Shown one piece after another: positions 14,200-25,861 of a stretch of 64,000 bases of DNA. The position numbers and the translations under genes are program-made. Origin of the DNA: Eledone cirrhosa. Lineage: Eukaryota. The notes below the pieces were generated by a model that saw nothing but the letters and a program-made list of their open reading frames with translations, searched no databases and was not told the DNA's origin. The stretch is from positions 399,714,001-399,778,000 of the forward strand of contig OZ024740.1 in the NCBI GenBank assembly GCA_964016885.1, written 5' to 3'. Each line of letters opens with the position of its first letter. Within the stretch, counting starts at the first letter, position 1.

Positions 14200-14630
14200 A
14201 CTGATTTAGGTACCAGGCCAACAATTTTGAGGCCTTTTCCCTTTGTGGGAAAGTCAACTAAATCGACCCCTGTGCATTACTGGCACTATGTTCTATCTAC
14301 GCCGTAAGGATAGAAGGCAAAGCTAACCTCAGTGGGACAGGGACGTAAAGCATGTCACAAATAATGTTGTCCGACGCTCTACCGATACTGCCAATCTACT
14401 ACCCTATCAATTATATATAATACATTATTTTAAGGAAACAGGGCGGTGGATTGCCAGTATCGGTAGAGGGTCGGACGCTATGCTTTGCAGCATAGTTACG
14501 TCCCTTTACGAACTGAGTTCAAATCCCGCCGAGGTTAACTTTGCCTTTCATCCTTACGGGGTCGATAAAATAAAGTACCAGTAATGCACTGGGTAATTGC
14601 TGGCCTTGTGCCAAAAGTAGAAACAATTAT
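14200..14630. mobile_element. older SINE (-, ~14200-14403) and young SINE (+, 14442-14630), head to head
   Basis: Family motifs on opposite strands; ATTATTTTAA TSD-like repeat around the young copy. Confidence 0.75.
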
Positions 14631-14981
14631 TTTAAAGACATTGTTGAGCAGAAGTTTTTTTCGCTCAAGGTAAATAATAGCTGCATAATTCCTCTCAAAA
14701 TAGAATGTATACTTAATAATAAAAATGGTGGCAATAGTCAAAAACATTTGTCCGAGGTACCACGCAGTGGGACTGAACCCAGAACCCGCGATTGTAGAGC
14801 GAACTCCTTTATCACGCAGCTGTACATGTGTCTACGTATATAGCAAATACATGATGTTTCTTGATTTTGGTTGATATTATATTTTCAGTGTGAATCTTCA
14901 GAGAAAAAATTGGAAACATTGCATCATTCTAATGGAAAATTTACGACTGAACAAGTAAGATATAATCATCTTGACAAATAA

Positions 14982-15018
<37 letters not shown>

Positions 15019-15044
15019 AAAAAAAAAATCGCTCTACATGGTAC

Positions 15045-15729
15045 AATGAGCCCCTCATTGTTGCTCTTGTGTTGGCATGTAAACAGAACTGCACACACTA
15101 ATGTTTCTGGGTTTTACCCTTCATCAGTACAGTTCACTGTTCACCTGCCAACTGTCAGAGCTAGTGAAAATATATGATATTTTCTAAAATATACAGTGAC
15201 CGATCGACCTGATTTGCATATTAGCAGACTAGCTGATCAGTCAGATCTGCATATTAGCAGATCCACTGATCAGCCAAATTTGCATATCAGCAGACTGGCC
15301 AGTCAGTTTCCTGTATACGAGCGATCAATGACCAGCTTTGCCACATTCAACAAAAAAAAAAAAAATAGCTGAATACAATAAATGTAATCTGAGTTTTTCA
15401 AATATTAATAATAATATTCGATTCGGTTGCAATTATGCAAACAAGCCTCATTTTTAAAGCCATGTCAGTAAAATGAGCCCCTCATTCTTGCTCTTGTGTT
15501 GGCATGTAAACTGCTCTCATAGTTGGCAGGTGAACAGTGAGCTGTACTGATGAAGGGTAATATCCAGAAACATTAGTGTCTGCAGTTCTGTTTACATGCT
15601 AACACAAGAACAACAATGAGGGGCTCATTCTACTGATATGGCTTTAAAAATGAGGCTTGTTTACATAATTGCAAACGAATCGATGATTAATTTTCGAATA
15701 TTAATATTCGAAAAACTCAGATTACATTT
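15045..15729. mobile_element. non-coding HHR-bearing element, partial tandem (427 bp period) plus inverted copy
   Basis: AATGAGCCCCTCATT at 15045 and 15472; 15380-15512 is inverted to ~15590-15729; 15045-15155 is inverted to ~15519-15630; TA flanks. Confidence 0.75.
15539..15588 (+). ncRNA. type I hammerhead ribozyme motif
   Basis: GAGCTGTA-CTGATGA-AGGGTAATATCCA-GAAAC-ATTAGT-GTC-TGCAGTTC; 8-bp stem I. Minus-strand copy at 15086-15135 has GTG at the cleavage triplet (likely inactive). Confidence 0.75.
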
Positions 15730-15745
15730 CTCTATATATATATTG

Positions 15746-15946
15746 TTATTCTTTGGGAGGGTCTTTCTGCCAATAAAAACACAGGCACCTATTGGTTTTC
15801 ACTTCAATTTATTATACATTTCCGGTTGGTTGGTTGGTTCGATAACCGGATGGTTGTTTATATATTGTCAAAGCTCTTTTGTCACACATTCTGTGACCTC
15901 CTCAGAGACTAGGTTTTTATTGGCAACATGACCCTCCCAAAGTATA
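15746..15946. repeat. ~200 bp element with ~33 bp terminal inverted repeats
   Basis: CTTTGGGAGGGTC..TGCCAATAAAAAC / GTTTTTATTGGCA..GACCCTCCCAAAG; degenerate HHR-like CTGAGGA-G-GTCACA-GAATG-TGTGAC-AAAA on minus strand. Confidence 0.6.
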
Positions 15947-16017
15947 AGAATATCTGTTTCAACACACGTTTTCAGATAAGAGATAACAAATTCAAAAACG
16001 AAGAATATATATATATA

Positions 16018-16160
16018 GTGGAGGCACGTGACTTAGTGGTAAGGGTATTGGACTTACGAGTATAATGTCGTGGGTTCGATTCCTGGGTTGCGTGTTGTGT
16101 TCTTGAGAAAAACACTTAATTTCACGTTGCTCCAATATACTCAGCTGAAAATGAGTACCA
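16018..16160 (+). mobile_element. tRNA-derived SINE, another family
   Basis: GTGACTTAGTGG A box, GGTTCGATTCC B box, TGTGTTCTTGAG..AAAACACTT core-like segment. Confidence 0.6.
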
Positions 16161-16471
16161 ATGTGATCATTGGTAGCTGATTTAGTGAAACAATCCTACC
16201 ATGGACTATACAGGTGTAATAGTTATCGAGGTACTCTTTTAAATTTATTAATCTGTTTGATTATAATGTTTTTCTCGTACCTTTCGTAGTTTATGTCTTT
16301 CATTCTGGGAGTAAAAACCCCTGTAATGAAAAAGCATATTCTTTTCATGTATTCTCTCCTATATATTTTGAAGAGCCACGAACAATTTCCTTAAGCTCAT
16401 TATATTACAGGGAACAACGCGAGTCCTTTACTCCGTTCCTTCATTTGATACACACACACACACACACACAC

Positions 16472-16552
<81 letters not shown>

Positions 16553-16691
16553 TAACAGATTAAAGCAAAGAATCGTTGCTTTCACCCTTAACGGGTTTTA
16601 TATATTTTGATATATATATTATCCTTATCGAGCCCTCTTCGGATTTTAGTCTTCACATTTATTATTATTTTTATTATTATATTATTATTAT

Positions 16692-16735
<44 letters not shown>

Positions 16736-17244
16736 CATTTAATAAAGTGACATGAAGCCAGAAAGTTGAAATCCCTTGAAATATTTATTCTGTAGGCACT
16801 ATATATATTTCAATGACCAGTAAGATTCCAGCGACATCATCAGTTGTATTGCATAACAGTTATAAAGGAATCACGGTAAACACAGGTTGTGTACACGGTT
16901 AAAAAAAACAAAAAATGTTTGATTCAGGGGTAACCTACGTCCAGTCGGTTAGACTGGTTAACTACACAGAATGAAAGTTATATCCAGTGGTAAACCAACA
17001 ACTTCAGTGAATATATATATATATATATAAGTTATTCCGGGTTGAATCGGAGGTAATATATACATATATATATACACACATACATCGATGTGCTTGCGCG
17101 CGATCGTGTATATAACCCCCCCCCCCACACACACATATTGCAATAGATGTCAACATGAATGGACCTGTTATTTTTTTTTATCTAAAGACATTTTTTCCAG
17201 TTCCATCCCGCCCGTCCCCTCTATCTATCTTATTTCTCATTCTT

Positions 17245-17280
17245 TCTTCTGATGAAGGACTAGCGTCCGAAACGTTAAGA
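17245..17280 (+). ncRNA. minimal hammerhead motif in a probable PLE 3' end fragment
   Basis: TCTT-CTGATGA-A-GGAC-TAGC-GTCC-GAAAC-GTT-AAGA. Confidence 0.65.
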
Positions 17281-17364
17281 CCCTCTTCCTGCTATAACAA
17301 GCGTTAACCTAATATATCCCTTCCATATACTGTACCGATTGTGTTGTAATTTCTATTTACCTTT

Positions 17365-17397
<33 letters not shown>

Positions 17398-17402
<5 letters not shown>

Positions 17403-17593
17403 AAAAAGTATGACCCCGACGGCAGAGCTCAAGCCGTTTCGACGGCTATTTCTGGACCAGAAATAGTCGTCGAAACGGCTTGAGTTCTGCCGTCGGGGTC
17501 ATACTTTTTCCTATTTCCCACTCTACTACCCTAAGTATTGAGTACTCTCGTACGTTATGGTCCATCTGGTCCCTTACCATAATTCCTTCGTTA
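17398..17593 (+). mobile_element. mini PLE insertion: 58-bp hairpin arms plus ~80 bp tail
   Basis: Arms 17398-17455 and 17457-17514; right arm plus tail are homologous to PLE 3' end at 27224-27360; TA flanks. Confidence 0.85.
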
Positions 17594-17615
17594 TACATAT
17601 ATATATATGTATATA

Positions 17616-17703
<88 letters not shown>

Positions 17704-17926
17704 CACACACACACACATACACACACATATATATACATATTTATGTATCTATATATGTATGTGAAACAATCAGGCGCATACACACACACATATAATCACT
17801 GCACTTTTTTTTAATATATAGGATAGAAAAATTAATCGGGCGTTTCAATATTATCGTTTCAAGATCGAAATGGTTCTTTTCCAAATTAATCTACTTTTTC
17901 TGCGCAGTCTGTAAAATATTACAGTA

Positions 17927-18038
17927 CAGGGTACAATCACGTTGACGGGCTCCGACTCCTTTTCGACATCTCATCAGATATGCGAGTTTATATGTGCAAA
18001 GTCAAAGAGTCGGGTGCCGTCACTTTGATTGTACCCTG
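17927..18038. repeat. imperfect 32-bp inverted repeat
   Basis: CAGGGTACAATCACGTTGACGGGCTCCGACTC / GAGTCGGGTGCCGTCACTTTGATTGTACCCTG; MITE or mini-PLE undecided. Confidence 0.55.
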
Positions 18039-18200
18039 AGCTGGTTGATTCGACTCTTTTAAATCTACACTCTGCACACTACAGCCGTAACACTGAAATA
18101 CAACCCAAACGAAACGGACCTCGTAACAGCATTTCCTGTAACTGTTATTACACAATTAACTAGCACACACACACACAACACACATACACACACACATACA

Positions 18201-18233
<33 letters not shown>

Positions 18234-18654
18234 TGCGTGTGTGCATGTGTGTATGTGTGTGTATTCAATGTATCTATGTGTGAGTAAGTTTTGCTTTAGC
18301 ATGCAAACACGTTTTAAGTATTTTTCCTCAACCATAATAAAATAAACCGACTTTTTTTCTGTATACAATTTTTAGGTTGACTGTATTTTGACTGAATTTC
18401 ATTCTAGTTGTGCTAAACTTGAGGCATTTCGGATAATTGGAACAGTACGTACTTTCATTTTACCTATCAACATTCTCACGATTACCATCACTATCAACCA
18501 TTACAACCACAACGACCAGCACCAGCAACATCATCACGATCACCACCTCCACCACCACCACCAACAAACAACAAACAATAGCAACACAATCCTCCTCCTC
18601 ATCATCATCCCCAATACCACCACCACCACCACCACCACCACCACCACCATCATT

Positions 18655-18840
18655 GAGGCACAAAGCCAGACATTTGTGGGGAGGGTGAAGTCAATTATAT
18701 TGAACTAGTGCTTTACTGGTACTTTATTTTATCGACCTTAGAAGGATTAAAAGCAAAGTAGACCTCGGCAGGATTTGAACTCAGTACATAAACAGCCAGA
18801 ACAAATACTGCAAAGCATTTTTCCCGACATTCTAACGATG
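18655..18840 (-). mobile_element. older SINE copy following a (CAC)n tract
   Basis: ACTGGTACTTTATTTTATCGACC..GGATTTGAACTCAG family motifs. Confidence 0.7.
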
Positions 18841-19181
18841 AATTGACCTTGGTATAAGAGTCTGAACAAATACCAGAAAGTATTTTGTCCAACATAGGTA
18901 CGATAGTTCATGTATATAGGCAAGTTGGTAGAATCGATAGAGCGTAAAATAGTATGGTTTGCAGTATTCGTTCTAGTTCTCTGCGCTCAGAGTTCAAATC
19001 CGGCTGTGGTTAATTCTCCGATCACGGGAGCCCTCTGTCCAACACATACACTACAAGTGTTGACAGGTAGGACTAAAACCGACATAATTGCTGACACTTC
19101 ATCATTCAATGGGTGAAAGGAGGTTATGTAGACTGCATGCATGCATGCATGCATGCATGCATGTATGTATGTATGTATGTC

Positions 19182-20570
19182 TCATGGTCGGGTCGTTGGC
19201 GACTAAACTGGCAACCCCACAAAGGTTTCTTGGTGAGGAGGGTGACTTTGGACATCCTGCAGGACTAAAAACAAAACCTGTCAAAGGGCAAAGGAGCTCT
19301 TAAGAGTCAATGGCCATCCAGAATCACTGGGAGAGATGACCCCTTAGCCTTTGTCAAGGCAGAATTCTAAGAGAAGGAAAACTCTGATATAACACCTGCA
19401 ACCCTGATGATATCCAATGATGTTGACTTGTTCTTCTTTTTGGTAAATATCATCTTGGTTAAGAGAGTGGGACTGGCTTTGTGCAGTGCCTTTGCTCACT
19501 ATAAAAGCTTCACGGCACAGGCATTGCTTTATATCTGGAGATCTCTCTGCACTTGTCGTCACATGGTACCAAAGGCAAAGCACTATGTGTTAATAATTGT
19601 CACAAGTGTAGTGTTTGTACCAGAGTTTTCAAGTCGCTGGCTGGACTAAAAAGTCACACTCGTTCAGCACATCGGTAGGGGTTCTCCTACATGGATATAA
19701 AGTAGTGGCCGTACTCGAAAACGAGTTGGCAGCCACCATGTATGTATGTATGTATGTATGTATGTATGTATGTATGTATGTATGTATGTATGTATGTATG
19801 CATGCATGCATGCATGTATGCATGCATGCATGTATGCATGCATGCATGTATGCATGCATGCATGTTTGTATGTATGTATGCATGCATGATTGTATGTATG
19901 TTCTCTTAAATTCGAGATGTATGTATGTAATTTGAAATGTAATCGTTCGAACGCATATGTCCATAATGACAGTCGATCACTAAAAATAAAGTTGAGAAAA
20001 CCGGGTAGTATCGGTGAGGGGAAAACATTTTATGCGCCTCTACCGACTTGTTCCGTTTCAAAGGGTACTTTACGCGATTTTCTCAATCATTATGTGTAAT
20101 TAACGACTATAAAATGAAGTACCAGTAATACACTGGGATAATTGCTGGCCTTGTGCCAAAAGTAGAAACAATTATTATGGTAAATTGCTTTGGGACGACT
20201 ATACTTCAAATTAAAAATTTTCCCAACACACACATATAGCTGATTATATCGATCCAGTACTTGAATGGTACTGAATAGAAGTGAAAACAAAGAACGGTAA
20301 AATTGACCTCAACTGGATTTGAACACAGAACGTAAGGGTACATAACTAATTATTAAAATACATTTATGCAGCGCTCTACTTGTCAGGTCACTCTTGAGTG
20401 CTACTGGTAGCATGTAACCCAGTACAACCTGCCACATGATCAGATCGTCGACGACTAAACCGGCAACCCCACCAAGTTTACTTGGTGAGGATGGTGATTT
20501 TGGACACCCTGCAGGATAAAAAACAAAACCTGACAAAGGGTGGAAAAACTCATAAGAGTCAACGGCCATC
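19182..20570 (+). repeat. two diverged copies (~19182-19320 and ~20432-20570) of a dispersed repeat, possibly a LINE 5' UTR
   Basis: Shared CGACTAAAC-GGCAACCCCAC..CTTGGTGAGGA..CTGCAGGA..AAAACAAAACCTG..TAAGAGTCAA-GGCCATC. Confidence 0.55.
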
Positions 20571-21543
20571 TAAAAAAAAAAACAATCCTGCCAAATAAAT
20601 GGGTGGCAGTAGTTCCAGCTGCACGCATCGAAAGACTGGTGTAGTGGTTCTGAGAACAATGTGGCTTTGCAGATGATCAATGGAAAGGTGCTCCCGCTCG
20701 AGTTAGAAGAGAACTATTACCTTTCAGGAGAAGCAGCGACCCCTGATTGTATTCAGCAACCTAAACAAATATGGAGTTCACTAAATCCAATGCTCCTAGG
20801 GGCGGCCCTGGTTCTTCTTATTTGCGAGTGTAAACTCGGCCAGATTAGATTAGATACTTGTTCTGCCAAACTCCAACATTTTTAATAATGGTTTTGAACA
20901 TCAGACCTGAAATTTTGTGGAAAATTGATTAAATTGATTTACTCAATCATGTCGTTTGATCGATGCATAATTATCGAACCTATCCCCTCCCGCGTCAAGA
21001 AAAATAGCAAATCAACCTTCATGAAATTTCATCGGAACATAGATAGACGCCAATAAATACCGCAAATATTTTGTCTAATGCTACAATGATTGTAAAAATG
21101 AAAAATTACGACACACACCTATGCAGATTTAGCCTGCATCATACGAGGTTGTATCCCATCAGATGTTTCTCAGGTATTTTAAAGGTAGGGACTCAATTCT
21201 TATGAAAAGTAACGTGAAATGAAACGTCTTACACGAGAATAATATGATACCATCTCTAGAAATTAAACTTACAACGTTATGATTGTGATTCCAATACCCT
21301 GATCACAACATCGAGCATCTTCACTGTTCTTGCCAACAGCAATATACTTTTAATAATGATTCTTATCTCTTTCTAGCGTATGGTTGAAATGCCATGTGAA
21401 AGAGCACGTATATTACTTGAGGCATTTGGCCCATATGACCGTTTAGCGGTTCTTGAAATCTTAAAGAGGTAAGAATAATTATTAATCCTGTGAAAGTTGT
21501 TTCAATTTTATTATCTGCGTTTGAATTTCGAGCCATATATAAT

Positions 21544-21620
<77 letters not shown>

Positions 21621-21836
21621 ACTTGCGATTGACTTAAGTAGTATTGGGAAAATTCAAAATTTGATACTTTTTAAAAGAATTGTCATTTTTTCGACATGCC
21701 ACCTTGACGAATCAAAGAAAGCGAAAAAAAACAAAAGAAAGAAAAACAGACCCTTAAATATATTTTCAGTGCTATTTCTAATCTCACCTTTTCTCTATAA
21801 CCATTGCTATGTATAGAACTTTACTTTCCTTTTCAA

Positions 21837-21878
<42 letters not shown>

Positions 21879-21884
<6 letters not shown>

Positions 21885-22519
21885 TAATAAAAACAATGAA
21901 ATAAAAACGAAGAACAGGTTCCTTATATTGAAAAATTTATCATTTTACGATCGTTTCTGGGATATATGTGTGCTGGTATGTATATCATGATAAAGATCTA
22001 TGTAAAAAAAATTACAAATTATCAGATGAGATATACATACCTTTACATATACATGCCATCTTCAGAAATGATGAAGTATGTTTATTGAAAGAAACTATAA
22101 AAAGTCTGTTTGGAAACAGGTTTTGAATTGACCAATAGAAAAGAGTTAGAGGTCAAACAGACTTTTTATATTTTCTTTCAATAAACATACTTCATCATTT
22201 CTGAAGATGGCATGTATATGTGAAGGTATGTATATCTCCTCTGATAATTTGAAATTTTTTTTACATAGATCTTTAACATGATATACATACCAACACACAT
22301 ATATATCCCAGAAACGATCGTAAAATGATGAATTTTTCAATATAAGGAACCTGTTCTTTGTTTTTATTTCATTGTTTTTATTAATTTATCTTGACTCTGT
22401 TTTCCTATGATTTTTATCGTTGATTTTTGAATGCATTTTTTCTCCATAATATCTTCTATATTTGGATTACATTGAGTTCTTCATACGGTTTGGACACTAC
22501 CGTTTTATTTTGGTAGATT

Positions 22520-22526
<7 letters not shown>
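21879..22526 (+). mobile_element. PLE 3'-end insertion: ~235 bp inverted arms plus 137 bp tail
   Basis: Arms 21879-22112 and 22154-22389; tail 22390-22526; homologous to 43200-43617; TA/AC flanks. Confidence 0.88.
22191..22332 (+). ncRNA. type I hammerhead with 103-nt stem II region
   Basis: TTCATCATTT-CTGAAGA-[103 nt]-GAAAC-GATC-GTA-AAATGATGAA; 10-bp stem I; mirror copy at 21936-22075 (-). Confidence 0.8.
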
Positions 22527-22601
<75 letters not shown>

Positions 22602-22632
22602 GAAGTGGTTACACAACAGTTAGTTCACCATA

Positions 22633-22672
22633 CCGAGAACAATTGTTTCACCTTCGCGGATCTTCAGCTCGG
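22633..22672 (-). ncRNA. minimal type I hammerhead (3' pLTR)
   Basis: CCGAG-CTGAAGA-TCCGCGAAGGT-GAAAC-AATT-GTT-CTCGG; palindromic loop 3 region ACAATTGT. Confidence 0.8.
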
Positions 22673-22855
22673 GATGTATATGGTTATAGGAACATGAAGG
22701 ACAACCGTAAGAACGCTTATGCGCAGAAACTCGGTCACTTCACACAGGCAATAGTAGACTGCGTGCGGGGGGTGTAAGGGAGATAACTGCGAAAGTCCGG
22801 AAAGTTTTTTGGTTGAAAATAAAATAAAAAAATTTAAAAATAAAATTACAAAGAA

Positions 22856-24959
22856 TCAGTCCGGAGCCTTGTAGTTATGCAATAGATGTTTGGTGACGTG
22901 TGGACAACGTGTGAAAAATTAACTTCTCGTGTTTAGGCAATCACTATTGCGAAATCTCTTTAGGATAGTTATTCGTTCGTCAATACATAAGCCACACGTC
23001 GGATTTCCCCTTGCGTATGGCTTGGACTTAGTGATGGCTTTCCATTGAATGGAGTACCCTATACTTGAGTCCTTGAGGGACCATACGTGGCTCGCGAGTT
23101 TCGTGGATGCACGTCTGTCCGGGTATCTGAAGGTAGACTGGTGGTTCAGGAAACGCTCCTTGAATCGGCCCTCCGCCATGCCCACATAGCATTTGACCTC
23201 ATGTGGTTCGTTTGGTCGGTTGGAAGTGACCACAGCTTCATAGATTACAGCTGGTGTGTTGCATTGTTGTTGAAGGGGACAAGCTTCAGGCTTACGGCAA
23301 GAGCACCCTGGTGGGGTGTTGCTCCTAGGGCTGCTGGTGATGTGGGCCTTCATGTTCTTAGCGCAGGAGTATCCTAGTTTAATTTTGTGTCGGTTAAAGA
23401 TGGAGCGGTATTTATGACCTATGGGGAAGTGTCTATCTAAGAGGGCTAGACATTTTTTTCCTACATTGGTTTTAACGTTGAGTGAGAAGGGAGGAGAGAA
23501 CCAGAGTTGTCTATTGATGCGCTTACTTTTTTTAATGGTGTTGTTGCTAGTGGGAGAGTAAGTGATAGGTTGTGAGAAGCCGCTGTTAGCCAACGCCGTG
23601 TTATAGTAGGGTGCTGCCCTGTCAAAGATAGCCTTATTAGAGGAGAGGTTTGAGATTCTAGTACTGATATTCTTAACGAAGTTTCTAAAAACAGTGGGAG
23701 GGTGGCATGAGTCCTTGTGAATATAATTAAGTTTCTCGTTTAGCTTATGGAAGGGTCTATGGGTGTGTGTGCGAAGGTCTAAATTAATGTCTAAGAAATC
23801 CACGCTAGAGAGGTGGTGGCTACTGTTATCCTAAGGCCTAACTCATTGAAAGTAGAAGCTAAGTCTTTTTTAAACCGGTCGAGGTCGTGACCACTTTTAT
23901 GGCTCGATAGAGTCAGTCCATCGTCACGGTATATTCCCGTGTGGAAGTCCGGGAATCTAACACGTAATATGTCTAAGATAAAAAGGCCAACCAAGTCACA
24001 TACGTCAGCACTGTCAAACGATCCCATGGAGACGTCGAACAGGTCTGAAGATGTAGACTTCTTTGCCCAGGCTACTCCGTCGTTGAAGAGGAGGGTTTTC
24101 TGGCAGTGAGCGATGATTTCGCTGTCTAAACCATCGACGGTGGTATAAGTGGTAGCGAAGTCCAACGCTTTGTTTAACAGGGTCTCTGAGATCGACGGGT
24201 AAAAATCGACAATGTCAAACTGTGTGAACTTCGCTTTTTGGATTTTAAGGAGTTAAACCACTTAATTACGGAGTCGCTGTTCTCCCACTGGGACAGGTTG
24301 GACTTGGTCCTAATGGTCTTAACTATGTTTCTAAGTATGGCTTTACTGACTAGTCCCATATCTGTGCGTGCCGGGTTTATTAGTCTGCATGTGGGGTTAG
24401 AAGTAAAGTCTACCTTGTGATCTTTCAGGGTGAGGAACGCCTCTAGCTTAGCTAGAGATTGTAGCTTCTTATCTACTTTAAGGTAGGTGGCGAGTTCCTT
24501 GGCTTCTGTATTAATGTCGTGGTAGGCCATAGGGTTAGCTTTCTTATATTTAGAAGTAATAGCGTTATGGGCCAGGTGGCGGAAAGTGGTGTTGTCGACT
24601 TCATAAATATTGTTAGTTTTGTCGGAAAGGACGAAGGTGTTATTAGAAGACCTAAATTTCTTAATATCGTTTCTGAGATTCGTTTGAAAAGTGTTAGTGT
24701 GTTTGCGAAAGGAAATGTTAGCAACTAAGTCAAGAAGGTCCGTCTCGAAAGGAGAAAGTTCGGTTACCTTAGGAGGGTAGGCTCTCGATTTCAGGTTGAA
24801 GGTGTTGTTTGTGCCTGTAATTTTGCCGTCGAAAGCTAGGGTTCGCCATCTTAAACGTCTGACGATATCTTCCGATTTTTGTAGGAGGAGCTTTTGGTAA
24901 ACATGGTTGGAGGGAGTTGGAATGTTCTTCAGGGAGTAATTCAGTTCGTATAAATCCAT
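22856..24959 (-). pseudogene. PLE RT-GIY-YIG polyprotein, disrupted
   Basis: MDLYELNYSLKNIP start; SDKT, FDIVDFYPSIS, MGSFDSA, YRDDG, FLDINLDL, CSCx5Cx5C, VIY..YVG, CGLC, CPH; frameshifts near 24240 and 23805, in-frame TAA at 22919. Confidence 0.9.
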
Positions 24960-25212
24960 ACTGACGTTGATGAAACGCAAAATTGTGTAGGACACGAGGA
25001 TATATAGAGCGCTCTCAGGGTAGTAAGCCAAACTCGCACGTGGTGAAGAATCTGTTAAAAGCCAAACTTCTACGTAGTGAGGAGAATCTGCTGACCGCTG
25101 CTGGAGACGTAAAAGGTGGTGGAACACTGGAAGGTAATATCCGTAGTGGTAGAGCACTCAGTCCAAGGGACGAGTTAGGTAGAAGTGGTTACACAACAGT
25201 TAGTTCACCATA

Positions 25213-25252
25213 CCGAGAACAATTGTTTCACCTTCGCGGATCTTCAGCTCGG
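25213..25252 (-). ncRNA. minimal type I hammerhead (5' pLTR)
   Basis: Identical to 22633-22672. Confidence 0.8.
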
Positions 25253-25451
25253 GATGTATATGGTTATAGGAACAGGAAGGACAATTGTACGAACGCGCAT
25301 GCGCAGAAACTCGGTCACTTCACACAGGCAATAGTAGACTGCGTGCGGGGGGTGAAAGGGAGATAACTGCGAAAGCCCGGAAAGTTTTTTGGTTGAAAAT
25401 AAAATAAAATAAAAAAATTTTAAAATAAAATTCCAAAGAATCAGTCCGGAG

Positions 25452-25850
25452 GCACATGTTCGTCGAATATCTGCTCATTAACGGACAAACGAGATATGCG
25501 GAGGGAGATGTTTTTAACCAGTTTATTGGTGATGTTTCTAGGATGGTTAGAGCGGCGGTGGATGTAGTGCAGGTTGTCGTTTGGTTTCTTGTATGGGTAG
25601 TACATATCATTTTCGAGGTTAAGGGTAACACCCAGGAAATTTACTAGGGCTAGGGACGTTTGTAGGGTGATTTTAAATCCCCAGTCCCGGAATAAGCTGA
25701 TTAGTTGTTTACGGACCCGGTCTGTACTACTGGGGTTGTACCCTTTGAGGGTGAGGAGCCCATCATCTCGGTACAATCCACCCCCGAATGCAGGAAACAT
25801 TTCGGTGAGTTTAAATCGTAGGAATCAGTGGAGAGCCGATCAGGAGGTGT
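25452..25850 (-). pseudogene. RT fragment of a second PLE family
   Basis: GGLYRDDGLL, VNFLGVTLNL, YPYKKPN, SNHP, NISLRISRLS. Confidence 0.85.
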
Positions 25851-25861
25851 AACTGTCCTGA

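Larger units (their letters stand above)
22601..25451 (-). mobile_element. near full-length Penelope-like element (Hydra-like) with direct pseudo-LTRs
   Basis: Direct repeats 22601-22866 and 25181-25451, each with an HHR; RT plus GIY-YIG between; ORF stop lies inside the pLTR. Confidence 0.92.

Noticed and set aside
16795-16852. Hammerhead on minus strand (CTGATGA...GAAATATATATA)
   Set aside because: Core halves present but stems I and II pair poorly; at most a decayed remnant
18388-18708. His/Thr/Pro-rich ORFs
   Set aside because: Trinucleotide (CAC/CAT)n repeat running into a SINE
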